Assembly (NCBI GenBank): GCA_045564835.1
Contig: JBJLGN010000021.1
Location: 1,073 to 65,072 of the forward strand
DNA from: Dehalococcoidia bacterium
GTDB taxonomy: Bacteria > Chloroflexota > Dehalococcoidia > Lucifugimonadales > GCA-002694895
DNA length: 64,000 nucleotides
Reading direction: 5' to 3'
Notes under the pieces: model-generated
The model's database searches: none
Seen by the model: the letters and a program-made list of their open reading frames with translations, nothing else
Told to the model about the DNA's origin: nothing
Translations under genes and position numbers: made by a program
Part shown: in pieces, positions 9,244-18,513 of the stretch
Position numbering within the stretch: the stretch's first letter is position 1
Layout: each line of letters opens with the position of its first letter

Positions 9244-10872
9244 ATGCAGGACAATCAAAACAGAAATACAAAAGAATTATTAACTAGTAACTTTAAGCCA
9301 CAAAAAAGTTCACTTCTTCAATCATTGCACATGATTCAAAAAGAAAACGGTTACGTATCAGAAAATGATATGCTAGTGCTATCTAGATACTTAAAAGTTT
9401 CTAAAAGTGAAATATACGGTGCAATAACCAGTTATCCAGAAATTCATACATCTATAAATTCAGAACTTCAAGAATGCACTGGTCTCTCTTGTTATATTAA
9501 TAACAGTAATATTAGTAATAATACTACTGATTGTAAATTTAAATGTTTTGAAGGGCCGATAGCAATTCAAAATCATAATATATACTCTAAATCAAGTGGT
9601 AAATACATAGAGAAAAATTCACTGAAAACCCCAATTATCGATTCTTCTGCAATACTTGATAAACCCATATTATTAGAGAATATGGATCACAAAAAAGACT
9701 ATGAATCATATAATTCAGTTTATAAATTCAGTGCTTTAAAAGAAACTTTAAATAAAGATCCACTTGAAATAATAAATATTATTGAAGAGTCAGGACTTAG
9801 AGGAAGAGGTGGCGCCTATTTCCCAACTGCCACAAAATGGAAAATGGCTAGTGGTAATAAATCTATTCAAAAATATTTAATTGTAAATTGCGAAGAAGGT
9901 GAACCTGGAGTATTTAAAGATAGATTGATAATGGAGAATATGCCTTACATGTTGATTGAAGGAGCAATAATAGCTTCCTATGCAACTAACTGCACTGATT
10001 TAGTTTTTTATATTAACGGAGAAGCAGAAAAAAGTTTTAAAACATTGAAAAATGCTTTAATAAAATTGCAACAAAATAATATTATCGATGAAAATGGTAT
10101 GATTTTTAATTCTTCTTACAAATTGAAGATAAAATTAGAATCTGGTGCGGGGGGGTACGTCTGTGGAGAAGAAACAACACTTCTTAATACAATGGAAGGT
10201 AATAGAAGAGAACCAAGGTTAAAACCACCCTTCCCTACTGAAAAAGGAGTTTTCAGCTTACCTACTATAATTAACAATGCTGAAACATTATGTAATGTTA
10301 CTTATATATTAACCCATTCAGTAAAAGATTATAAAATGGTTGGTGATAAAGATTTTCCAGGAACTAAATTATTAAGTGTTAGTGGACATTTCAAAATGAA
10401 TGGAATTATAGAAATTCCTATGGGAATTACAATTAATGATTTATTAGATAAAACAAAATTAGAAAGCCCCACTGATAAAATAAAATACTTAGCCATTGGT
10501 GGTCCTTCAAGTGGACTATTGCCAAGATCTGAATTTGAAACAAGTTTGAAAGGTGGGTTTTTAAATTCAAATGGCATAATGATGGGAGCTGGAGGTTTTA
10601 TTGGTATAAATTCAACGATTGATCCAATAGATATCATTATTAATTTAGCTGAGTACAATGCAGACGAATCATGTGGAAAATGTACTCCATGCAGAGAAGG
10701 TACTCCAAGATTGGTAGAGCAATTAAAACAAATAAAATCAATTTCAGATAAAGATAAATATAAAGATGAATTGAATTTATTAGCAGAAACAGTTAATCTA
10801 GCATCACTTTGTGGCTTAGGACAAGCAGCTGGAAATCCTATAATTAGCTATCTAAAATATTTTTATGATTAA
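9244..10872 (+). CDS. fdsB: NAD(H)-binding diaphorase subunit, NuoE-like domain fused to NuoF-like domain (FdsB-type)
   Basis: GLRGRGGAYFPTATKWK (FMN/NADH site) and ESCGKCTPCREG ([4Fe-4S]). The N-terminal NuoE-like region has CTGLSC...CKFKC. It starts 1 nt after the aor stop. Confidence 0.85.
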   Translation: MQDNQNRNTKELLTSNFKPQKSSLLQSLHMIQKENGYVSENDMLVLSRYLKVSKSEIYGAITSYPEIHTSINSELQECTGLSCYINNSNISNNTTDCKFKCFEGPIAIQNHNIYSKSSGKYIEKNSLKTPIIDSSAILDKPILLENMDHKKDYESYNSVYKFSALKETLNKDPLEIINIIEESGLRGRGGAYFPTATKWKMASGNKSIQKYLIVNCEEGEPGVFKDRLIMENMPYMLIEGAIIASYATNCTDLVFYINGEAEKSFKTLKNALIKLQQNNIIDENGMIFNSSYKLKIKLESGAGGYVCGEETTLLNTMEGNRREPRLKPPFPTEKGVFSLPTIINNAETLCNVTYILTHSVKDYKMVGDKDFPGTKLLSVSGHFKMNGIIEIPMGITINDLLDKTKLESPTDKIKYLAIGGPSSGLLPRSEFETSLKGGFLNSNGIMMGAGGFIGINSTIDPIDIIINLAEYNADESCGKCTPCREGTPRLVEQLKQIKSISDKDKYKDELNLLAETVNLASLCGLGQAAGNPIISYLKYFYD

Positions 10873-13591
10873 AGATGATATGAAAAAAATAAATATACTT
10901 ATAGATGGAAAGAAAATATCTGTTCCACAAAATTATACAGTGCTTGATGCAATTAACAAGAATAAGCAATATATTTCTCAATTGTGTAAAGACCAAGATA
11001 TGAAAGCTTTAGGAGCTTGTAGAACTTGCTTGGTAGAAATCGAAGGAATAAGAGGCTTGCCAGCCTCTTGTTCTCAACCAGTAAGTGATGGAATGAAAAT
11101 CAAAACATATGGTGAGAATCTAGATAAAATAAGGAATAATGTATTGTCTTTAACTTCAGGTATGTTAACAGAAAGTAAATCTAAAAAAGATTACAAAGAT
11201 TTAAGTAAAGCCGTAAATCATTATGGAGTTAACGACAATAAATACGCTGGCCGAAAAAGAGAAAAAACTGATAAGAGTAATACAGTATTTGATATAGCAA
11301 TGGAAGATTGTATATTATGCGGGAGATGCACAACAGGATGCCAAGAAGGTGCACAATTTATTGGTGCGATAGATATTCTTGGAACAGGTAAAAATACGAA
11401 AATTGGTACTTTTAATGACGAACCTCTAGCTGAGTCTGTATGCACAACTTGTGGCCAATGTTTATCAGTTTGCCCTACAGGAGCTATAAAGAAAAAACCT
11501 GAACCAAAAAATGTTACAAAATCTGTAACCACAACATGTCCATACTGCGGTGTAGGTTGTGGTATTAACATAGAAGTGGACAAAAACAACGAAATGGTAA
11601 ATGTCACTGATGACCCTAACAACAAATCAAGCTTAGGTATGTTATGTGTAAAAGGCAGATTCGGATATAGATTTGTCCAACATAAAGACAGGATAAAAAC
11701 ACCATTAATTAAAAAAGATGGAATATTTTTCGAGTCATCTTGGGAAGAAGCAATAGATTTAATAGCTGAAAAATTAAGTGGATATATTGGTAATTCATTT
11801 GCTACTTTGTGTTCTGCAAAAGCCACCAATGAAGACGGTTATATACAACAAAAATTTTCAAGAGTTGTAATGAAAAGTAATAATATTGATCACTGTACAA
11901 GACTTTGCCATTCTCCTTCTGTAGAAGCAATGTTAAAGTCTTTAGGTAGTGGAGCTACTAGTAATTCATATATAGATTACGAGGAAGCTGGTTGCTTGAT
12001 TATTGCGGGATCAGACGCAAATTCAAACCACCCTGTTGCAGCTTCAAGAATGAGAAGAGCTGTTATTGAAAAAGGAGCTAAATTAATTATTATTAATCCT
12101 AGAAGAATAGAAATGTGTGATTACGCTGATCTATGGCTTCGCCCAAAGCCTGGTACAGATGTTGCCTTACTAAATAGCATAGCAAAAGTTATTTTAGATA
12201 AAAACCTACAAAATAATAAATTTATATCAGAGCGAACTGAGGGATATGATGAATGGAAAAAAATCATAGATGACTACAGTCCCGAAAAAGTTGAAAAAAT
12301 CACTGGAGTTAAAGCAGAAGATATAATCCAAGCTGCAGAGTATTATGCAAAACCAAAATTTGGTGGATCTTGTTTGATTTGGGGAATGGGTATTACTCAA
12401 CACACAAATGGAACAGCTAATGCTCATTCTCTTTTAAATCTATCATTGGTAACTGGAGAATTAGGAAAACCAGGATCAGGAATATCACCTTTAAGAGGTC
12501 AAAACAATGTGCAAGGCTGCGGTGATGCAGGTTGTCTCCCTAATTCATTTTCGGGTTATCAGGTAATTGATCAGGAAACAGTAAATAAATTTAAAAAAGA
12601 ATGGAAAACTGATGAACTACCAATTAAGCATGGATATGTAGTAACAGATATGATCAAAAAGATTGAAGAAGGGATTGTAAAAGCAATGTATATTACTGGT
12701 GAAAACCCATTATTAAGTGAACCTGATTTATCTCACGCTGAAGAAACATTTAAAAAATTAGAGTTCTTAGTAGTTCAAGATCTATTTTTGCATGAAACAG
12801 CTCAAATTGCAGATGTAGTTTTACCTGCGTCTAGTTTCGCTGAAAAAGAAGGAACTTTTACTAATAGTGAAAGAAGAGTGCAAAGAGTAAGAGCTGCAAT
12901 AAACCCTGTAGGAGAATCAAAACCTGACTGGGAAATAATTCAATTAATAGCAAATAAAATTGCTGATAAATTGTCGATTGATTTAAAAAAACAATTCAGT
13001 TATGAATCTCCATCTGAAATATGGGATGAAATGTCTAATTTGACTCCAAGTATTTCAGGTATTAATTATGAAAGACTTAACAACGAAGGTGGTATCCAAT
13101 GGCCATGTCCTGATAAGCACCACCCAGGAACACGATATTTGTATGAATCAGACTTTCCAAGAGGAGACAGAGCCAAATTCTTTGGATACAAACAAGGTCC
13201 AAGAGCTGATGAAATTCCAACAAAAAGATACCCTCTAACTTTAATTACTGGTAGAATTTTGTACCATTGGCATGGAGGAACTATAACAAAAAGATCTGAA
13301 TATTTACTATCAAAAGCCAGTGAACTTGAAGTATCAATGAACCAAAAAGATGGCGATAAATTTGGTATTAAAAATGGTGATTGGATAAGTGTTGAGTCAA
13401 AGCGTGGAAAACTAGAAGCAAGAGCTTATATTACTGATAATATGTCTGTTGGTGAAATTTTTGTTCCTTTCGTAAAATTGCAAAATCACGCAGCTAATTT
13501 TTTGACCAATCCAGCTGTTGATCCAGATTCTAAAATTCCTGAATATAAAGTATGTGCAGTAAAAATATCTAAAGTTCTTACAAAAGTATAA
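10865..13591 (+). CDS. fdsA: NAD-dependent formate dehydrogenase alpha subunit (Mo/W-bis-PGD), Cys type
   Basis: N-terminal 2Fe-2S motif (CRTCLVEIEG) and ferredoxin motifs CILCGRCTTGC and CTTCGQCLSVCPTGA, then CPYCGVGCG. Active-site context CTRLCHSPS has Cys, not Sec. Overlaps fdsB by 8 nt. Confidence 0.9.
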   Translation: MIKDDMKKINILIDGKKISVPQNYTVLDAINKNKQYISQLCKDQDMKALGACRTCLVEIEGIRGLPASCSQPVSDGMKIKTYGENLDKIRNNVLSLTSGMLTESKSKKDYKDLSKAVNHYGVNDNKYAGRKREKTDKSNTVFDIAMEDCILCGRCTTGCQEGAQFIGAIDILGTGKNTKIGTFNDEPLAESVCTTCGQCLSVCPTGAIKKKPEPKNVTKSVTTTCPYCGVGCGINIEVDKNNEMVNVTDDPNNKSSLGMLCVKGRFGYRFVQHKDRIKTPLIKKDGIFFESSWEEAIDLIAEKLSGYIGNSFATLCSAKATNEDGYIQQKFSRVVMKSNNIDHCTRLCHSPSVEAMLKSLGSGATSNSYIDYEEAGCLIIAGSDANSNHPVAASRMRRAVIEKGAKLIIINPRRIEMCDYADLWLRPKPGTDVALLNSIAKVILDKNLQNNKFISERTEGYDEWKKIIDDYSPEKVEKITGVKAEDIIQAAEYYAKPKFGGSCLIWGMGITQHTNGTANAHSLLNLSLVTGELGKPGSGISPLRGQNNVQGCGDAGCLPNSFSGYQVIDQETVNKFKKEWKTDELPIKHGYVVTDMIKKIEEGIVKAMYITGENPLLSEPDLSHAEETFKKLEFLVVQDLFLHETAQIADVVLPASSFAEKEGTFTNSERRVQRVRAAINPVGESKPDWEIIQLIANKIADKLSIDLKKQFSYESPSEIWDEMSNLTPSISGINYERLNNEGGIQWPCPDKHHPGTRYLYESDFPRGDRAKFFGYKQGPRADEIPTKRYPLTLITGRILYHWHGGTITKRSEYLLSKASELEVSMNQKDGDKFGIKNGDWISVESKRGKLEARAYITDNMSVGEIFVPFVKLQNHAANFLTNPAVDPDSKIPEYKVCAVKISKVLTKV

Positions 13592-14299
13592 TTAATCAGA
13601 GACCTCAATTCTTAGCCTCTTATTATTTTTACCTTTACTTTGATGGCCTGTCATTTTGATATACCCAACTTCTGAAGTATTATGAACATGAGTCCCACCA
13701 TCAGCTTGTAAATCTAATCCTTCAATATCAACAATTCTGATTTCATTTATACCTTTGGGTAGTAAATTAATTTTAGTTCTAATTAAATCAGGAATGTCGA
13801 ATGCTTCATCTCTTGGTAAATCATATACTTTAATATTCCTTGACAACTCAATTTCTTTATTTATTTTTTCTTCAACTTCTTTAGAAAAATCAACCGACAT
13901 TTCTTCAAGCTCAAAATCCATTCTTCCAGATAAGGGTTTCATATCACCTCCTGTTACAGACGCACCATAATCTCTCCAAACAACTCCACATAAAATATGT
14001 AAAGCTGTGTGCGTTCTCATCAGTTTATATCTATGGTCCCAATCAATAATCGAATCAACTTCTAATCCAATAGCAGGTTTTGTTCCTTCTATGATATGGA
14101 TGATTTGACCATCAATTTTTTTTAAATTCTTAACAACAAATTCATTTTTCTCAAATTTTAATATTCCTTTATCAGAAGGTTGTCCACCACCTCCTGGATA
14201 AAACACAGTTTGATCTAAAATAACACCGTGATCATTAACCTCATTAATCTTTGACTTACATTGCTTTAAATAACTATCTTTGTAACATAAAACATCCAT
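13592..14299 (-). CDS. alaX: Alanyl-tRNA editing protein AlaX (AlaX-M type)
   Basis: HTALHIL and GGTHV editing-domain zinc motifs. Length 235 aa. Confidence 0.8.
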   Translation of the reverse strand: MDVLCYKDSYLKQCKSKINEVNDHGVILDQTVFYPGGGGQPSDKGILKFEKNEFVVKNLKKIDGQIIHIIEGTKPAIGLEVDSIIDWDHRYKLMRTHTALHILCGVVWRDYGASVTGGDMKPLSGRMDFELEEMSVDFSKEVEEKINKEIELSRNIKVYDLPRDEAFDIPDLIRTKINLLPKGINEIRIVDIEGLDLQADGGTHVHNTSEVGYIKMTGHQSKGKNNKRLRIEVSD

Positions 14300-14354
14300 A
14301 TATTCTCCAAATAATAAATTACATATTCTATAATATTACTACAAAAGGATCTTT

Positions 14355-15548
14355 ATGGAAAAAATTGATATTAGTATTGTTGGTGGAGGGATAGTTGGAT
14401 TAGCAACAGCTATGTATGCTCAAGAGAAGTACCCTGACAAGAAAATAAGTGTATTTGAAAAAGAAGATATATTAGCAAAACATCAAACTGGAAATAATAG
14501 TGGTGTAATTCATGCTGGAATTTATTATCAGCCAAGCTCGCAAAAAGCAAAGTTTTGTTGGCCAGGATCTTTGCTTCTACGTGAATTTTGTGACAGAAAT
14601 GAAATCAAATACGAAATGTGTGGGAAACTGATTGTTGCTACAGACGAATCTGAAATAGAAAGATTGAATAATTTGTACGAAAGAGGAAAACAAAATGGTG
14701 TTACAGGATTGCAATTAATTGATAAAGAAAAAATTAATGAATTAGAACCGTATGTAAATGCCATTAAAGGTTTATGGAGCCCCAATACAGGTATTATCGA
14801 TTATAAAGACTTAACTGTGGCTTACTCAAATGTATTCGAAAATAAAGGTGGAATCATATATAAAAACCAAGAAATACAAAGTATAAACCAGAATCAAAAT
14901 AATTTAATTTTGCAAACAAACTCACAAGAATATGAAACAAAATATCTTATAAATTGTGCAGGGTTATTTGCTGACCGGGTCGCAAAAATGATGAAATTAG
15001 ATTTTGATGTTAGGATTGTCCCTTTCAGAGGTGAATATTACACACTAACAAACGAATCCAAAAACATGGTTAATGGATTAATATATCCAGTTCCTGATCC
15101 AGAGCTCCCGTTCTTAGGTGTTCATTTTACAAAGAGAATAAATGGCGAAGTTGAAGCAGGACCTAATGCTGTGATGGCTTATTCTAGAGAAGGTTATAAT
15201 AAGTTTGACATAAACTTAAAAGATATGTACGAATCGTTTTCATATCCAGGTTTTTGGAAAATGGTTAAATCAAATTGGAAAACCGGATTATCTGAACAAT
15301 ACAGATCGATGAACAAACTGAAATTTGTTGATTCTCTTAAAAAATTAATACCAACTATATCATCAAAAGATTTAAATAATCCAGGAGCTGGAGTAAGAGC
15401 TCAAGCAATAGATAAAAACGGGAATTTATTACAAGATTTTAGTATAGTGAAAACTAGTAATTCATTACATGTATTAAGTGCTCCTTCTCCAGGTGCTACT
15501 TCTTCTTTGAAGATTGCAGAACATTTAATGACTGAAATAGAAATTTAA
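14355..15548 (+). CDS. lhgO: L-2-hydroxyglutarate oxidase/dehydrogenase (FAD)
   Basis: IVGGGIVGLATA dinucleotide motif and HQTGNNSGVIHAGIYY, typical of LhgO. Confidence 0.8.
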   Translation: MEKIDISIVGGGIVGLATAMYAQEKYPDKKISVFEKEDILAKHQTGNNSGVIHAGIYYQPSSQKAKFCWPGSLLLREFCDRNEIKYEMCGKLIVATDESEIERLNNLYERGKQNGVTGLQLIDKEKINELEPYVNAIKGLWSPNTGIIDYKDLTVAYSNVFENKGGIIYKNQEIQSINQNQNNLILQTNSQEYETKYLINCAGLFADRVAKMMKLDFDVRIVPFRGEYYTLTNESKNMVNGLIYPVPDPELPFLGVHFTKRINGEVEAGPNAVMAYSREGYNKFDINLKDMYESFSYPGFWKMVKSNWKTGLSEQYRSMNKLKFVDSLKKLIPTISSKDLNNPGAGVRAQAIDKNGNLLQDFSIVKTSNSLHVLSAPSPGATSSLKIAEHLMTEIEI

Positions 15549-17080
15549 TTTATAAAATTAATAATTCCTGTATTTCCATCTATTTCTATCAAATCATTAT
15601 CATTAATTATATTTGTTGCATTATTTACATCTAATATTGTTGGAATATTATATTCTCTAGCCACAATTGCTGTATGAGATAGTGTTCCTCCATTCTCACT
15701 TATGATTCCAGACACAATTCCAAACAACGGAGTCCAACTTGGATTTGTACTAATACATACCATAATATCCCCTTTTTTTAATTTATCCCAATCTTCAAAG
15801 CTTCTAATTATTTTTGCAAGCCCAGAAATTTTCCCTGCAGATGCTGAAGTACCTTTAAGTTGTTTAGTTTTTTCTATTAATTCTTCTTTTTGCATAAAAT
15901 TGTCTTCAGAGGTTAATTTTCCAAGATATTTTGGAGGATTCAAATTTTTATAATGATCACGTTGTTTTTTATTCTCAGAAACGATACTCATCAAGCCAGA
16001 TGTGTTTTGGTCAATATTAACAATATTCTTATAATTTAAATAAAATATATCAGAGTTATTTTCTATTAACCCTTTATTAACTAAAATATCTCCAAATTTT
16101 CGAAATGCTAAGCTAATTAAAGCATTACTATATTGGTCTATATAAAAAGAATGATCTTCTTTTAGATACCATATCTGAGATAAAATCGAATACATTTCAT
16201 GAATTTTAATTTTATCTTCATTATTTGTAATATTTGATACTAATTTGTTCAAATATTTTTGACGATTAGAATTGCTTGTTTGAGATATTTTATTTTCAAG
16301 TACAGAGATAGGTAGGCTTTTAATTAAATTTAGAACTATTGATTGATCATTAATCCAAATTTCATCAGATAAATCAAAACCTACTAATCTATATCCATAT
16401 AATTTATTAAACTTATCTACTTCTACTAGAAGTTGTTTATCATTAATATTTTGATCTACCGAATCATAAGATAACTTTAGGTTATATAAATTTTTATCTA
16501 TTTCCAAAGTTTTATTATTAATACCCTGAAAAAGATTATATAGATCAGTGAGGTTCATGTTAGTTTTAAATGTTTTTACAAAATCAAAAAAATTATCTGT
16601 GTAATGATGTAATGGAATAACAATAAGCATATGAATAAACCAGTGATTTCTATTAATATTTAATAATTCTTCAATTATTTTTTTTCCATTTTCTAATTCT
16701 GTAATATCGTCTATTTTATGTTTCATAAAATTTAAATCTTTATCTATTTGAGGTAAAAATTCATTTCTCCATCTGAAGTCTAGATTTTGATAATATGATT
16801 TATCAATTTCATTGTTTGAATTCTGATGTTTTATGGATGCAAAATATGTGTAGCCATTAATTATTTTTTTTTGCGAATTATTTGTTCTTCCAAAATAGTT
16901 GTTAGCATCAATAATTCCTTTGCCGGAGGATAATTCACTAATATCTGAAGATAAAGGAGTTACAGGAAGAAGATTATGACCACTTTCCCAAGTCCACATC
17001 ATTGATTTTTCCTCATCAGAAAAATTGACAGGAAACCAATCGGGTAAAAATAAATTTTCTGAAATATTACTCATAGTCAC
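15545..17080 (-). CDS. PEP-utilizing-enzyme mobile (swivel His) domain protein with an uncharacterised N-terminal region
   Basis: C-terminus has GGTLSHTAIVAREYNIPT (phosphohistidine motif). The N-terminal ~400 aa has no ATP-grasp motifs that I can recognise. Confidence 0.6.
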   Translation of the reverse strand: MTMSNISENLFLPDWFPVNFSDEEKSMMWTWESGHNLLPVTPLSSDISELSSGKGIIDANNYFGRTNNSQKKIINGYTYFASIKHQNSNNEIDKSYYQNLDFRWRNEFLPQIDKDLNFMKHKIDDITELENGKKIIEELLNINRNHWFIHMLIVIPLHHYTDNFFDFVKTFKTNMNLTDLYNLFQGINNKTLEIDKNLYNLKLSYDSVDQNINDKQLLVEVDKFNKLYGYRLVGFDLSDEIWINDQSIVLNLIKSLPISVLENKISQTSNSNRQKYLNKLVSNITNNEDKIKIHEMYSILSQIWYLKEDHSFYIDQYSNALISLAFRKFGDILVNKGLIENNSDIFYLNYKNIVNIDQNTSGLMSIVSENKKQRDHYKNLNPPKYLGKLTSEDNFMQKEELIEKTKQLKGTSASAGKISGLAKIIRSFEDWDKLKKGDIMVCISTNPSWTPLFGIVSGIISENGGTLSHTAIVAREYNIPTILDVNNATNIINDNDLIEIDGNTGIINFIN

Positions 17081-17153
17081 TGTAAAATAATAATAATTAT
17101 ATCTTAATTATTATTATTTGATAATTTGAATAATACTATGTATCCTATGTTCA

Positions 17154-18413
17154 GTGAAAAATATTATCGATTCAGAAAGTAAAAAAAACAAAATAAATTT
17201 CTCCAATCCTTTAACTTCAATTAAATCAAGCACAGACTTCAAATACCTTTGGTTAGGCCAAGGAGGGCAAGGATTTGCTATGTGGTCAGAAATGATTGCA
17301 AGAAATTGGCTAACTTACCAATTAACAGGGTCTGCATTAGCTATAGGTATTGTCAATTTATTTAGAGCTATACCTTTTATAACAATAGGTTTATTTGGAG
17401 GAGTTGTCGCCGACAGATTCCCGAAAAAAAAGACTCTGATGATTATTCAAATATGGTCACTATTGATATATTTTGTAATGCTTATTTTGATTTCTACTGA
17501 TTTAATAAAACTTTGGCACGTCTATGCTACAGCTTTTTGTCTTGGATTAGGAATGGCTATTAATCAACCTCTTCGTACATCATTCATACCGCAGATGATT
17601 GACGAGAAAAATCTGTTAAACGCATTGTCATTAAATTCTATGGCTATGGGAGTTACAAGATTAATAGGACCAGCAGTAATTGGTTATATAATAGCTATTT
17701 CCGATAACAATGTTGCCCCTGCGTATATAGTTTCAACAGTATCATATTTATTTGTGATATACACAACTTTAAAAATAAATTTAAAAGGAAATCCTACAGA
17801 AAAACATACTAAATCTCCCATGAATGATTTTACAGATGGTATAAAGTACATGGTATTTGAAAACAGAACGGTTTTATGGCTAGTAATACTTGCCCTGGGG
17901 CCACTAGCATTTGGTTTCAGTTATATAAGCCTTTTACCAGTATATGTGGATGAGAAACTAAATCTTGGAGCTGATGCGTTTGGAGCTATTCAATCTATAT
18001 CATCAATAGGAGCTCTTTTAAGTACTTCTCTTTTAGCATCCTCAGGCGATATCAAAATCAAAGGCAAACTATTACTTGTAACTACGATCATTTATGGACT
18101 TGGTGTAATATTGATGGGATTCACTGGAAAAATATTTATAGCGTTTGGAATTGCAATATTTATTGGAGGCTCTCAATCTGTTTTCAGGACATGCGTTTCA
18201 AGTACAATAGTTTCAGTAACAGCAGAAAAATACAGAGGAAGAATGATAAGTATGACTATGTTAGACATGGGAGTTGCGTCAGTTGCTTCTATACTTGCTG
18301 GAAGAATAACAGATTTAATTAGCGTCTCATATGGAATGCTTTTTTGTGGGGTTATGTGTACTATTGTTGGGCTAACAACATTTGCAGCTCATAGAAAATT
18401 AATTAAAATTTAA
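17154..18413 (+). CDS. MFS transporter
   Basis: About 12 hydrophobic segments, and GGVVADRFPKKK, the MFS loop 2-3 motif. Confidence 0.75.
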   Translation: MKNIIDSESKKNKINFSNPLTSIKSSTDFKYLWLGQGGQGFAMWSEMIARNWLTYQLTGSALAIGIVNLFRAIPFITIGLFGGVVADRFPKKKTLMIIQIWSLLIYFVMLILISTDLIKLWHVYATAFCLGLGMAINQPLRTSFIPQMIDEKNLLNALSLNSMAMGVTRLIGPAVIGYIIAISDNNVAPAYIVSTVSYLFVIYTTLKINLKGNPTEKHTKSPMNDFTDGIKYMVFENRTVLWLVILALGPLAFGFSYISLLPVYVDEKLNLGADAFGAIQSISSIGALLSTSLLASSGDIKIKGKLLLVTTIIYGLGVILMGFTGKIFIAFGIAIFIGGSQSVFRTCVSSTIVSVTAEKYRGRMISMTMLDMGVASVASILAGRITDLISVSYGMLFCGVMCTIVGLTTFAAHRKLIKI

Positions 18414-18457
18414 TTATGCTTAGAAAAATAATATTTTAAAAGTAAATTGATTTTACT

Positions 18458-18487
18458 TTGACATATCAAAATCAGATAATGTATATT
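18458..18487 (+). promoter_or_regulatory. Candidate promoter of the selenoprotein gene
   Basis: TTGACA (18458-18463), 18 nt spacer, TATATT (18482-18487). AGGTG lies 4 nt before ATG 18514. Confidence 0.4.
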
Positions 18488-18513
18488 ATTAAAATAAACC
18501 CATCAGGTGTAAA

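Noticed and set aside
9240-9246. TGA at the end of aor as a possible read-through or Sec codon fusing AOR to the NuoF-like protein
   Set aside because: The downstream ORF (9244) is in a different frame from aor (7464). AOR ends at the normal family length. No GC-rich hairpin follows the TGA.
11221-11829. 202-aa minus-strand ORF inside fdsA
   Set aside because: It is fully nested antisense to the Fe-S and molybdopterin domains of a strongly conserved CDS. Its translation is low-complexity (Ser/Pro/Phe/Ile-rich) with no motif.
10865-13591. Selenocysteine in the formate dehydrogenase alpha subunit
   Set aside because: The ORF is continuous, and the active-site context reads CTRLCHSPS with a Cys codon where Sec-type enzymes have UGA. 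There is no in-frame TGA.
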